Origin: Malacoraja senta | Lineage: Eukaryota | Assembly: GCA_038087875.1 (NCBI GenBank) | Contig: JAXLNO010000831.1 | Location: 124,001-188,000 of the forward strand | Direction: 5' to 3' | Length of the DNA stretch: 64,000 nucleotides | In this document: piece by piece, positions 26,367 to 39,599 of the stretch | Layout: each line of letters starts with the position of its first letter | Position numbering within the stretch: position 1 is the first letter of the stretch | The notes under the pieces: model-generated | What the model was told of the DNA's origin: nothing | The model's database searches: none | What the model saw: the letters and a program-made list of their open reading frames with translations, nothing else | Made by a program: the position numbers and the translations under genes

Positions 26367-29300
26367 AGTTTAATTGGGTGTATAGTATTAAAGGCCGAGC
26401 TAAAATCTATAAACAGGATGCGTGCATAAGTGTTCGGTGATTCCAAATGATGTAGGGAGTAGTGAAGAGCTAGGTTGATAGCATCCTCCACAGACCGGTT
26501 GGCGCTGTATGCAAATTGAAAAGGGTCCATGCAAATTGAAAAGGGGAAACAGGCTTAGATATAAAGAATAACATTTATAGCAGTTCCAATGTAGGAAAAT
26601 GCTTCAATGCGATTCGTAAGAATATTATTCTGTAACATTTTACTTCGAGCAGTATAATGGCATGACATGACAATTAGCAAAATAAACATTTAAGGTGCAT
26701 CTTAAAGGAAGAATAAGAGGTAGGGATATTTAGAGAGCAATTCTATGACTTAGGTCTGCTCTTCAGATGAAATACTTAAATTTGTGAATAATCTGGAAGT
26801 TATACTGCCCGGTTCATCGTGGGTTCTGACCTCACCACCATCGAAGGGATCCACACGAGGCGCTGCCTCAAAAAAGAAGGCAACATCATCCCCCTGGCCA
26901 CGCTTTCATTACCTCCCACCATGGGGAAGAAAGTATAGGTGTTTGAAAACCATGACCTCCAGGTTCAAGAATAGCTTCTTCCCAACATCTATCACGCACG
27001 TGAACAATACACAACGCTAACCTCAACTGTGAAATTGTATGGACTGTATGCATGCCGAGGGAGGAGCTGCGTAGGAAGGAACTGCAGATGCTGGTTTAAA
27101 CCGAAGATAGACACAAAATGCTGGAGTAACTCAGCGGGTCCGACAGCGACTCTGGAGAAAAGGAATAGGTAGCGTTTCAGGTCGAGACCATTCTTCAGAC
27201 TGATAGTCAGGGGAAAGGGAAACGAGAGATACAGGGGGTGATATAGAGATATATAAGAACAAATGATTGAAAGATTTGCTTTGAATGAAAGAGCTGTTGG
27301 TCTTACATATTTAAATACAATGATCAGAGTTTAAAATCTGAATATTTTTCAATCAGAAAGATGATGGGTGAATGGGATGGAGCAAGTTAGCCCAATGATG
27401 ACAAAGTCTGAAGAAGGGCCTCAATCTGAAACATCACCCATTCCTTCTCTCTGGAGATTCTGCCTGTCCCACTGAGTTATTCCAGCATTTTGTGTCTATC
27501 GCTATGTGCTGGAGTAACTCAGCTGGTCAGGCAGCATCTCCGGAGAACGTGGCTAGATGACGTTTAGGGTAAACACCCTTCCACAGAGTGAAGAAGGGGT
27601 CTTGACCCGAATCATCTATCCATCATCACATATCCATGATCTCCAGGGATGCTGCCGGACCCATTAAGGTGCTCCAGCACTTTGTGTCTTTTTGTGAACC
27701 AACATTTGTAGTTCCTTGTTTCTACAGTGTAAATTGACTGTCATTTGTAGGTAAGTGATAGAATCTGGAGAGAGATGATGGGAATTTGCAGAGAATAAGA
27801 ATGGGTTGGTCAAGAGCAAGAGTTTAATTGTCATCTGTACTGGCAATGGAACAATGAAATTATTATACACATATTAAATATACAACAATCAATGGTAAAA
27901 TAAATTAATATTAGTTATACTCGGTAACCAGACCATAACAGTGGAAAAACAAAACATCCTTACTGCAACCAAAATAAAGTTATTGCAGATCAGAGTTGTT
28001 GAGGTAAGGTTGTGGTTCGTGTTGTGCAGTGTTTAAATGCCTGCTGCTCATGAGAAAAAAGCTGCTCTTAAACCTGGAGCTAACAGTTCTCAGGCTCTCT
28101 AACCTCAGAGGCAGTTGATTGGTTCAACGGTATTTTATTTGTGGCATGTACCGAGGTACAGTGAAATTCATTTTTGTATACAGTTTAGTACAAGTATCAC
28201 TATATATAAGCCCTTAGATACGTCTGAGATAAGCATCGCAGATACAGTACAAGTGTATAGCAGTAGTATGCTGAGACAGTATACAGTGTCGCCAGTTTAT
28301 GGTGCCATATCCAAGTCACTCAAGTTGTAAGTGAGGGTTCTTGGCCTGACCATGAGGCCCATTGTCCTGGTGTTTTGCAGGGTTGACCTGGCCAAGCGAA
28401 GCTGTGGTGTCCTCTACTGCTGCAGGGTGCAACTGGTCCATGCGCCCGGCCTCTTGGAGCAGCACCTGGAACAGCCAAGCCCCAGGCTGCTGCAGGGCCT
28501 CCAGCGCCCACTCCACTGTTGAGGCCGTGCATTCCCTCCCGCAGCCAGTCTGCCTATAAGCCATCCATCTGACTCCTTCCACTCTGGGCGGGCGAGCTGG
28601 GCCTTCCAGGTGGGTCCTCCATCCTTGGTCCACAGCGAGCAAGAACTCGGTCCATGATGGATGGGCCAGATCTTCCGGGCGAATTCCTGGTCCAGGGTGG
28701 CCGGCCCTGAGAGTATGGCCAGGGTGGTGTGGGTCTCTGATGATATTAGCTGTATTTCTGAGGCAGCACCTCCTGTAGATCAATGGTGGGATGGAATGGT
28801 ATGGAATGAGTGCTTCATGGTCAGAGTGGACTGTCGGCTGAAGGTTCTGTTTGTGTGTCTCTGTGACTATATGTGTGGAGAATGCTTTGAAAGAGTAGGT
28901 GAAGGGGCATTCTAAATGATGGGATGCACATATCATTGTAAACGGGGCCCTCAAAGTATTGATCTGTAAAATGCTGAATCTGCATTTTATTGCAGGGGAC
29001 TAGAGTTTAATGGTAGCCAATCCACATAAACACTTGTCTCGTCTATGAAGAGTTTTGCAGACTGCTCCAATTACAATAAATTAATATATAACGAGTGGGA
29101 TACTAGAAGGTACATTCCTTTTATCCATAGATGCTGCTTGTTCCACTGCGTTACTCCAGTATTTTGTCTCTATCTTTGGTGTAAGCCAGCATCTGCAGTG
29201 CCTTCCTACACAGACACAAGAAGGATCCCAACAATGGGTTCTGTTTGTATGGAGTTGATACGTTCTCCCTGTGACCGCTCGGGTTTCCTCTGGGTGCTCA

Positions 29301-29865
29301 GAGGGCGGTGGAGGCTGGTTCTCTGGATACTTTCAAGAAAGAGCTGGATGGGGCTCTTAAAGATAGTGGAGTCAGGGGATATGGGGAGAAGGCAGGAACG
29401 GGGTACTGATTGGAGATGATCAGCCATGATCACATTGAATGGCGGTGCTGGCTCGAAGGGCCAAATGGCCTACTCCTGCACCTATTGTCTATTGTCTATT
29501 GTCTATTGTTTCGTCCCACGTTCCAAAGACGTGTGGGTTTGTAGGTTTATTGGCCGCTGTAAATTGCCCTGAGTGTGTAGGATGTGAAACAGGGAAAACA
29601 TAGAACTAGTGTATGGGTGATTGATGGTCAGTGCAGACTCAGTGGGCAGAAAGGCCTGTTTCCATGCTGCATCTGTTAAAAAAGATTGGTGAGCATGATA
29701 CCAGAATTCAAAGGTTACAGAGAGACCAACACATTTTAGTTTGTACAGAGAAGAACACCCAAGAATGTTTGTATTCAAAGAGACCAACAAAGTAATAAAG
29801 GTTTGCAGGTACAACGTCCAACAGTGAGCATTGCTTAATCTAATCTGATACTTAGAACATTGTAG

Positions 29866-31092
29866 GCAAGGCAAGGCAAGGCAAGGCAACTTTATTTATA
29901 TAGCACATTTCATACACGAGGCAGACTCAAAGTGCTTCACATAAAAACATGTCATACAATAAATGAAATAATAAAATGAAATAAAATAGAAGAACTAAAA
30001 GAAAAGAAAAACAAAATTAAAAATGCATTATAAAAAGTGCAAAAGTTAAAAGTGCAATGTAGTTAAGATTTAGCTGAAAGCTAAAGTAAACATAAAAGTT
30101 TTCAGTCTTGTTTTAAAAGTGGTCAAAGTTGAGGCAAGTCTTAAATCTTCAGGAAGTTTATTCCAGCTATTTGTTGCATAGTAACTAAATCCTGCTTTCC
30201 CATGTTTTGTATTTACTCTGGGAATCACTAGCAGATTGGTTTCAGAAGATCTTAGCGGTCTAGAAGGCTTATATAGTGGAAGCATGTCAGTGATATACTT
30301 TGGCCCTAAACCATGTAGTGATTTATAGGTGAGCAGCAGGATTTTAAAATCAATTCTCTGACATACAGGGAGCCAATGTAAGGATTTAAGAATTGGTGTA
30401 ATATGCTCAAATTTTTTGGTCTTTGTTAGAACTCTAGCAACAGCGTTCTGAACAAGCTGTAGCTGCCTGACAGTTTTTTTTGGAAGACCTGCAAGGAGAC
30501 CGTTGCAATAATCTAGCCTACTATTAATAAAGGCATGTACAAGTTTTTCTAAATCTTGAGCTGACATGAGTCCTCTTAATCTTGCTATGTTTTTGAGGTG
30601 ATAGTAGGCCGATTTTGTTACTGATTTGATGTGACTGTCGAAATTTAAATCTGAATCCATAATGACCCCAAGATTTCTGGCTTTGTTTGAAGTTTTCAGG
30701 GACAGAGAGTGAAGGTGTTGGGTTACTTTAAGCCTTTCTTTTTTAGCACCAAAAACAATTATCTCCGTTTTGTCCTTATTTAGTTGGAGAAAATTTTGGC
30801 ACATCCAGTCTTTGACTTGCTCAATGCACTGGCACAACAGATCTATGGGGCGATAATCATTTGGTGATAGCGCTACATAGATTTGAGTGTCATCGGCATA
30901 GCAGTGGTGGTCAATATTATTATATCGCATGATTTGCCCTAGTGGGAGCATGTAGATGTTGAATAAAGAGGGCCCTAAGATCGAACCTTGCGGTACTCCA
31001 CACGTCACGTTTGTTGGTTCTGATACAAAGTCTCCAATGGAAACAAAATAGTTCCTATCTTGTAAATATGACCTGAACCAACTTAAGACTGT
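29866..31092 (-). mobile_element. 5'-truncated L2-clade LINE with intact RT C-terminal ORF
   Basis: About 340 uninterrupted codons (GVPQGSILGP, YADDTQIY, SRLDYCN, LHWLPV); (ttgcc)n 3' tail at about 29866-29890. Confidence 0.92.
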
Positions 31093-31696
31093 AGACGTAG
31101 GGCATTCAGCACAGGGAGGCTGTCCCATTGAGGGGGACGAGAACAAATGGGGTACTGTGGGGATGGGGGCGCCACCAAGAATGAAGGGGGAACTGGTGGG
31201 GATGGTGTCTGCTGCCATGTGTGGCAACAGGCAGTGGATAGGACTGTTCGGTACTTTGTAACTTTGTCTGCGCCAACACATGACGACATTTTTGTACTGC
31301 CTAGGTTCAGTTTAGTTTATTGTCACGTGTACCGTGGTACAGTGAAAAGCTTTTTGTTGCTTACTAACCAGTCAGTAGAAAGACAATACATGATTACAAT
31401 CAATGCATTTACAATGTAGAGACACATGATAAAGGAATAATGTTTAGTGCAAGGTGAAGCCAGCAAAGTCCGGTCAAGGATAGACCGAGGTTGTATGGAA
31501 AACAAAGCATTTCACTATACACAGGTACCCTGGGTACATGTGACAATAGAGTATCATTCAATCATTCTTTCATTCATCAGTCCTATTCCTCACAATTTAT
31601 TTTCCATATAACACAGGCACCCATGGCCGCCAATGCTCCTTTGATTTTCTTTGCCATTTACGTGTGTTGATCTGGCTAATGGGTTTTGTGAAGTAC

Positions 31697-32010
31697 AGCA
31701 CAGTGGTGCAATGGTAGAGAGTTGCTGCCTCATAGCGCCAGAGACCCAGGTTCAATCCTGACTTCAGGGCTGTCTATGTGGAGTTTGCACATTTTCACTG
31801 TGACCGAGTGGGTTTCCTCCAGGTGCTCCGGTTTCCTCCCACAACCCAAAGGCATGCAGGTTTGTAGGTTAATTGGCCTATGTAAATTGCCCCTAGTGTG
31901 TAAAGAGTGGACGAGAAAGTGGAATAACTAGAGTGAATGGGAGATCAATGGTCAACATGGACTCAGTGGGCCGAAGGGCCTGTTTCCGCTGTAACTCTAA
32001 ACTAACCTTA
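31697..32010 (+). mobile_element. V-SINE (HE1-like)
   Basis: Family match. Confidence 0.8.
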
Positions 32011-32277
32011 AAAACCACTAAAATTACTGATTTATTGCAAGTAGCTAGATTCAAAACTATTTAAACTACTGAAGACGGGTCCTGACTCAAAACGTTACCT
32101 GTCCATTCCAGCCACAGATGCTGCCTGACTCACTGAGTTCCTCCAGTATTTCATTGCTCAAGATTCCAACATGTCTCGATATTAACTACTTGTTTGAATA
32201 ACACTGTTGTTTGGTATTTTTATGATATTTTTACTGTTGAATTGCATGCTGAAATGTTCATACCTTGAACATAGTTG

Positions 32278-33730
32278 AATAATAATAATAATAATATCTT
32301 TTATTGTCATTGCACGTCAGTGCAACGAGATTTAGTATGCAGCTCCACCGATGTACAAGAAAAGTAAAATAAATAAATAAGCAAGCTGAGTGACGTGACC
32401 ATCCGAGGGAGACTGTCCAGGGGGGGTGGGTGGGGGGGGGGGCACTCAGCAGGGCCGGTTCAGAGCTACTATAGCTCTTGGAATAAAGCTGTTTCTGAGT
32501 CTGGAGTTTCGGGCGTAGAAGGCCTTATAACGTCTGCCGGAGGGAAGTAGTTCAAACAGTCCGTTACAAGGGTGTGATGAGTCCTTATGGATGCTGACGG
32601 CCTTCCTGAGGCACCGTGTGTGGTAGATGCCCTCCAAGGCTGGTAGCTCTGTCCCAATGATCCTCTGCGCTCTGTGGACGACGCGCTGAAGAGCTCTCCT
32701 CTCCGCCTCCGTGCAGCAGAGATACTACACAGAGATGCCATACGTTAATATGCTCTCTGTGGTGCAGCGGTAGAACGTTGTCAGCAGCTGTTGGGGCAGA
32801 CCAGTCTTTTTTAATGTCCTCAAGAAGAACAGTCATTGCTGTGCCTTCTTGACCAGCGCAGCGGTGTTGGTGGACCATGTGAGGTCCTCTGAAATGTGAG
32901 TGCCCAGAAACTTAAAGCTGGACATTCTCTCCACACTTTCCCCGTAAATGGAGATTGGGGCATATTCTCCATTATGGGACCTCCTGGTCAATAATAATCT
33001 CCTTGGTCTTGGAGGTGTTTAGTGACAAGTTGTTATGAGCGCACCAGTCCGCCAGGTTCGGCACCTCCGCTCTGTATTTTGTTTCATCACTGTTGGTGAT
33101 CAGCCCAATCACTGTTGTGTCATCTGCAAACTTCACGATGGTGTTGGTGTCGAATGCAGGGACACAGTCGTGAGTGAAGAGGGAGTAGAGCATGGGGCTT
33201 AGTACACAGCCCTGTGGTGTGCCGGTGCTCAGGGTGATAGTGGAGGACAGGTGCGGGCCCAGTCTCACTGCCTGCGGTCGCTCCATCAGAAAGTTCAGGA
33301 TCCAATCGCATATCGGCGAGCTGAGGCCTAGCTGGTGGAGTTTGGTGGTGAGCTTGGTGGGGATGACCGTATTGAATGCAGAGCTATAGTCAATGAAGAG
33401 CATCCTCACATACGTGCCCTGTCTGTCCAGGTGAGTCAGGACAGTGTGAAGAGCCAGAGAGATGGCATCCTCTGTTGATCTATTTGCCCTGTATGCAAAT
33501 TGATGGGAGTCCAGTGAGGCAGGGATGCTGGATTTGATATGGGAGAGGACCAGCCTTTCAAAGCACTTCATTGGGATTGGAGTTAGGGCAACCGGGCGGT
33601 AGTCGTTCAGGTTGGTGACTTTGGACTTTTTCGGCACCGGCACTATGGTGGCTGTTTTCAGGCACTTGTGGACCGTTGCCAGAGATAGAGACAGATTGAA
33701 GATTCTCGTGAATACCTCCGCCAGAAAAGG
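32278..33730 (-). mobile_element. 5'-truncated Rex1/Babar-type LINE
   Basis: [12 protein letters not shown]...[10 protein letters not shown]...PQGCVLSP...KFADDTT; C-terminal LPSGRRY; (att)n tail. Confidence 0.9.
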
Positions 33731-34514
33731 ATAGTAATTCATTAATGCATGCAGGAATAGTATTATTAAAATTGACTTTAGTAAAATACCGAATACACTG
33801 GCAATATGCAGTAGGTCAGGCCTCATCTGTAGGCAGGAAAGCAGAGCTAATGTTTCAGGCCAGAGACCCTTCAGGACTGGGAAGGAGGAGAAAGAAGAAA
33901 GGAGGAACTGAAGATGCTGGTTAACATAAAAAGACACAGTGTTGGAATAACTCAGTGGGACGGGCAGCATTACTGGAGAACGTGGGATGCTAAAGTTTTG
34001 GGTCAGGACCATTCTTCAAACTGATTGTGGGAGCTGGAAGAGAGGAGGGGCAGAACAAAGTTTGGCAGATGATAGGTGATAGATACCAAAATGAGAGAGC
34101 AGTCCTGAACTACTTCTGCCTCATTTGTGACCCTCGGACTTTCTTTGATCGGACTTTACTGACTTTACCTTGCACTAAATGTTATTCCCTCATCATGTAT
34201 CTCTACACTGTAAATGGTTAGTTTGTAATCATGTATTGTCTTTACGCTGACTGGTTAGCAGGCAACAAAAGCTTTTCACTGTACCTCTGTACACGTAACA
34301 ATAAACTAAACTAAAATGTTGCAGAGAGGATTTTCCGACAACAAAGGCCAGAGATGAAAAGACAAAAGGAATTAAAGAATGGTGAATTGTGAAAATAGAG
34401 GAATGGATGAAGGGGATGGGGGAGGGCAGAAATGGATGCAAGTCCAGATGGGGCACAGGGGAGGGCAAGAAATGGGGGGGGGGGGGGCATAGGTTACCTA
34501 AAATTCTCATCACT

Positions 34515-34945
34515 TCCCACACAAACCATTGCATCCCAGGTAATCTCCCCTGCAACTGCGGATGTAACATCTGATCCTGTACCTCCTCTGTGGTCTGCCT
34601 CGAGGGACCATAGCAGTCCTTCTAGGTGAGACAAGATGTTCATGTACACCTTCTCTAAACTGATCTATTGCATCCGGTGTTCCCAATGTGGCCTCCTGTA
34701 TATCGACGAGACCAAGCATTGACTCCACGACCATTTCGCCGAAAATATGCACTGGATCTGCCATGGACTTCTGGATCTCCTGGTTGCTAACCACTTGAAC
34801 TTCCTTTCCCATTGCCATATTGACCTTTCTGTCTTGGGTCTCCTCCATTGCCAGTGTGAGGTCACATGCAAACAGCCCCTAATATTCTTCTTGGGTAGCT
34901 TTCAACCTGGTGGTGTGAACATTGAACTCGCCAATTTTAGGAAAC
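34515..34945 (+). mobile_element. Penelope-like GIY-YIG fragment
   Basis: Decayed match to the 17131-18030 copy (LIYCIRCSQCGLLYIDET). Confidence 0.8.
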
Positions 34946-35946
34946 CTAAGCCTTACTCTCCTCCTCCTCCTCCTCCCCTTTCTCCCCCACACCCATATTT
35001 CTCCCCACCGTTGACCCGCTCCCCTGTAGCCCACCTGGACTTGCACCTATTTCCCTCCACTTCCCTTTCCTTCTAAATTTGCCATTTGCAACTTTTCAAT
35101 TATTTTGTTGCACACCTTCTGTATTTTTATCTCTGGCCCTTGTCCAATAATCTCCCCATCAACTCCCCCCATTACCGCCTCCTCACCTATGTTCACCTAT
35201 TACCTGCCCCGCCTTTCATCCAGTTTCCTTCTTCTCCCCCTCCCACTCCCCCTCTACAATGCCCATATCACCCCCCCCCCCCAACCTCCCACATTTAGTC
35301 TGAAGAAGGATCCTGTTCCACAACACCACATATCCATGTTTTCCAGTGATACTGCCTGACCATCGAGTTTGTGTCTTTTTCTAGGAGAAAAAAAGAAGCA
35401 TATTAAGCTGCAGGAAGTGTGGGGGAGGGAGAATGTCTTTCAATGATAGACACAGAAAGCTGGAGTAACTCAGCGGGACAGGCAGCATCTCTGGAGAAAA
35501 GGAATGGGTGATGTTTCGGGTCGAGACCCCTTTTCAGACTTTACAAGCCTTATCTGGTAGAATTTAATGAGATGGACATCTGTTTGTGGTCGAATGCATT
35601 ATCTGAAAGCTGAATGTAAATTGTACTGTTAAGGCTTTACAATACGTCATTGGTTAAAATGTGCATGGATTGAGCATATGGGCTTAATTGTCCTCCTGCT
35701 TTGAAGGAAAGCTCACAGCATGTCTCAATTGCATGTCAACCTAGTATCATAAAAACAACTACTGTAGGAACTCAGGTGGTAGAGGAACAACTTTGTAAGA
35801 AGAAACTGCAGATGCTGGTTTACACTGAAGATAGACACAAAATGCTGGAGTAACTCAGTGGGTCATGCAGCATTTCTGGCAAAAAGAAATAGGTGACATT
35901 TCAGGTTGAGACCCTTCCTCACATCTTCAAGAGACAAGAGTGTTAT

Positions 35947-36689
35947 AGACAATAGGTGCAGGAGTAGGCCATTTGGCCCTTCGAGCCAGCACCGCCATTC
36001 AATGTGATCATGGTTGATCGTCCCCAATCAGTACCCCGTTCCTGCCTTCTCCCCATATCGCCTGACTCTGCTGTTTTTAAGAGCCCTGTCTAGCTCTCTC
36101 TTGAAAGCATCCAGAGAACCTGCCTCCACTGCCCTCTGAGGCAGAGAATTCCACAGACTCACCACTCTCTGTGAGAAAAAGTGTTTCCTCGTCTCCGTTC
36201 TAAATGGCTTACTCCTTATTCTTAAACTTTGGCCCCTGGTTCTTGACTCCCCCAACATCAGGAACATGTTTCCTGCCTCTAGCGTGTCCAAGCCCTTAAC
36301 AATCTTATATGTTTCAATGAGATTTCCATTCATCCTTCTAAACTCCAGAGTGTACAAGCCCAGCTGCTCCATTCTCTCAGCATATGACAGTCCCGCCATC
36401 CCGGGAATTAACTTTCTAAACCTATGCTGCACTCCCTCAATAGCAAGAATGTCCTTCCTCAAATTAGGGGACCAAAACTGCACACAATATTCCAGGTGTG
36501 GTCTCACTAGGGCTCTCTACAACTGCAGAAGGACCTCTTTGCTCCTATATTTGATTCCTCTTGTTATAAAGGCCAACATGCCATTCGCTCTCTTCACTGC
36601 CTGCTGTACCTGCATGCTTACTTTCATAGACTGATGTACAAGGACCCCCAGATCCTGTTGTACTTCCCCTTTTCCCAACTTGACTCCAG
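35947..36689 (-). mobile_element. CR1 LINE 3' fragment
   Basis: RPHLEYCVQFWSPNLRKDILAIEGVQ...RVVSLWNSLP; CR1 tail; similar pieces at 38925-39215(-), 42282-42860(-), 41960-42275(+), 48185-48510(+) and 29300-29510(+). Confidence 0.88.
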
Positions 36690-36884
36690 TTAAATCATCT
36701 TGCGAGTGGGATTTTGTGGAACGCGCTGGTTTTATTGTCATATGTCCCAGATAGGACAATGAAATTCTTACTTGCTGCAAAACAGAAGGGAATGAAATTT
36801 GGAGGGAATTACATTTTTCACAATGATTTTTAACTGGTACAGTAAGTTTCTTCTATTATTCATAAACCATTTGCTGGAGTATGT

Positions 36885-37909
36885 AGCAATGTTACAAAAT
36901 TTTGAGATTTTAAAAATCAAGTCTGCAATTTATCCCATCAGATAAAGCATAAAAAGAAGTTTAATTTGACACCTAATTCACTTTCATATCTTCAGTATTA
37001 AAAAGGTTATGGCTATTTTCATACTCGGAAATTAGCTTCTTGTTCCCTATTGCTTTTCCATTGACTTAACACAAAAGCTGTGATCAAGGACAGTCAAAAG
37101 CCCATAACTTTCTTAAAAATTAAGAGCTTAATGAAATTTTCAGTTATTATAGATTGAAGCATTCTGAAACAAATATGAAACAATCTTACTTGGATGACCT
37201 GAAATTAAAGCATATAATTAGTTAGTTACCCAATTGTAGCTAATTACAAAATTCAATTACTAGATCTAAATATCTATCCATTTCTCAAGAAAAAGTTAAC
37301 ATTTTTAAAAAGCCTAAGTGTCCAAATAACATTCACACAAGAATTCACAATATAACATTATTTTTAAATCTCATTGTCATTAATTTATAGGCCAAATGGA
37401 AGGAATTTAGTGTTTAATTCCTGTAAATTAATGGCCATTTAAATCATCTTGCGAGTGGGATTTTGTGGAACGCGCTGGTTTGGAACGCTGCAGTTGCACT
37501 GAATTAAACCCCAATATCGGCAGGAAAAATACTGCCGGTTGGTATATTTAAATAATCACATTTTCGCAACTTGAAATTTTTATTAAAGGCATCCTAAGAA
37601 GCAAGTTTATATGAAAAAATAAACAGTGTACCTTGCCTTGTCCCGTGCATGAAATCCGTCCCCGTTGTCGGCGTTGACGGCATTTGAAGATGATTTTAAT
37701 TTTACTCTAACAATTAAATTATAATGCGCTAATTTTAATAAACTTAATAAAACGGCAGTCGAAGTGATTTTTCTTCATGAACTATTTAACCTGTTCAAGA
37801 TCGTTTAGAACAGGCTGCCGAAATATCGCATTTAAAACCCGGCCCCCTCTCAAAGGCGCCAAAGTCGCGCACACCGGCAGTGACAGAACTGCAGCTTTTG
37901 TAACATACC
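36885..37909. mobile_element. Putative non-autonomous DNA transposon of about 1 kb, superfamily unassigned
   Basis: Imperfect TIR ag(c/g)(a/t)atgttacaaaa at both ends, possible TA TSD; AT-rich left half, CpG-rich right half. Confidence 0.45.
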
Positions 37910-38029
37910 TAGAGTGTGTAGTAATATTTTCAAAACAATATTTGAAATGACATAAGACCAAGATTGCATGAGAAGTCATCTTCTGATACAGTTTAGGATT
38001 TGGCAGGAAATGCTAAAAAATATGGTTCA

Positions 38030-38325
38030 GCACGGTGGTGTAGCGGCAGAGCTGCTGCCTTACAGCGCAAGGGACCCGGGTTTGATCCTGACTACGGTTT
38101 CAGTCTGCATGGAGTTTGTACGTACTTCCCATGACCGGCACGGGTTTCCTCCGGGTGCTCCGGTTTCCTCCCACACTCCAATGACATACCAATTTGCTCA
38201 GTAAAATTCTAAATTGTCCCAAGCGTGAATAAAATAGTGATAGTGTGCGGGGATCGCTGGTCGGAGTGGATTCGGTGGGCTGAAGGACAGGTTTCTGCAC
38301 TGTATCTCTAAATTAAACTAAATAC
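38030..38325 (+). mobile_element. V-SINE (HE1-like)
   Basis: Family match. Confidence 0.8.
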
Positions 38326-39271
38326 CCAGAAAGCAAGGAAAAGTTCAAGCTTAAGGAGAGGAAATCTGAATTCACGTTCTAGACCTTCATCATTTAATTT
38401 GGCAACTAAATTGTTGCAACTTTATTTACCTCCACAGATGCTGTTGGATCATTTCCAACATGTTATATTTCTGTGTCAAGTTTATAGCACCACGTCATTA
38501 TTTTACCTTATTTTCCACTGAAAATGGAAAGGTTGTTTGATAGATTTGTAATGTAATCATAGCCTAGAACATGGGTCTTTTGCTGATTAATATTGAGTCG
38601 AGTCCAGCAATACATTCCTCAGGGCTTGAGCAATTGTGCTCTTGACCTGCTGTGAATTTATCAGAGAGAAGTGTAAGGATGTGTAAAAGTGTAGTTATGC
38701 CGGCTGAAGTATGTACATTTTTGAGATGGTAGAGAAAATGGGAAGATTAATCACTTCTGTTCAGAAGACATTTAACAAGGTTACACTTAAAGTGTTTATA
38801 AACATTTGTGAGGTAGGATCAGATTATTTGACTGGAAGGTAATTTTCCCCAAGTGAATGTGGGTGGTGGGAAAATTGAGAGAGGAGGGAAGTTCATTGGA
38901 ATGTGAGATTTACATGGAAACATAGAAAATACTGTAGGTGCAGGAGTAGGCCATTCGGCCCTTCGAGCAAGCACCGCTATTCAATATGATCATAGCTGAT
39001 CATCCAAAATCAGTACCCCGTTCCTGCTTTTTACCCATATCCCTTGATTCCATTAGCCCTAAGAGCTAAATCCAACTCTATCTTGAAAACATCCAGTGAA
39101 TTGGCCTCCACTGCCTTCTGTGGCAGAGAATACCACAGATATACAACTCTCTGGGTGAAAAAGTTTTTCCTTATCTCACTCCTAAATGGTCTACTGCTTA
39201 TTTTTAAACTATGACGCAAGTTTCTGTGTTCGATGACTTTATTCTCCTCAGTGATTTGATACACACGTTAA

Positions 39272-39582
39272 TAGTTTAGTTTAGAGATATAGAGCAGAAA
39301 CAGGCACTTTGGCCCACCGAGTCTGCGCTGGCCATCGACTCCCGCACCTTAACGCTGCCCTACACACAAACTTGGGACAATTTAATATTTACACCAAGCC
39401 CATTAACCTATAAACATGTACGTCTTTGTACGTGGGAGGAAATCGATGGTCTTGGAGAAAACCCATGCAGGTCACAGGGAGAACGTACAAACTCCATACA
39501 GACAGCACCTATAGTTAGGATCGAACCCGGGTCTCTGGCACTGTGAGGCAGTTGCTCTACCTCTACTGCACCGTGCCACCCA
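39272..39582 (-). mobile_element. V-SINE (HE1-like)
   Basis: Family match. Confidence 0.8.
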
Positions 39583-39599
39583 TAATAGTGCTGCCCAAA

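Larger units (their letters stand above)
20446..26530 (-). mobile_element. 5'-truncated Rex1/Babar-type LINE (20446-21572 plus 26367-26530) interrupted by the DIRS element
   Basis: RT fragments DPFQFAY...[11 protein letters not shown] and [10 protein letters not shown]...YADDTT; (ttcta)n 3' tail. The halves rejoin in frame (HPIKLYNKLLDMG). Confidence 0.9.

Noticed and set aside
28316-28954. 212-aa minus-strand ORF
   Set aside because: Chimeric: it crosses a Rex1/Babar fragment and a GC-rich unclassified repeat, with no recognisable domain or splice signals.
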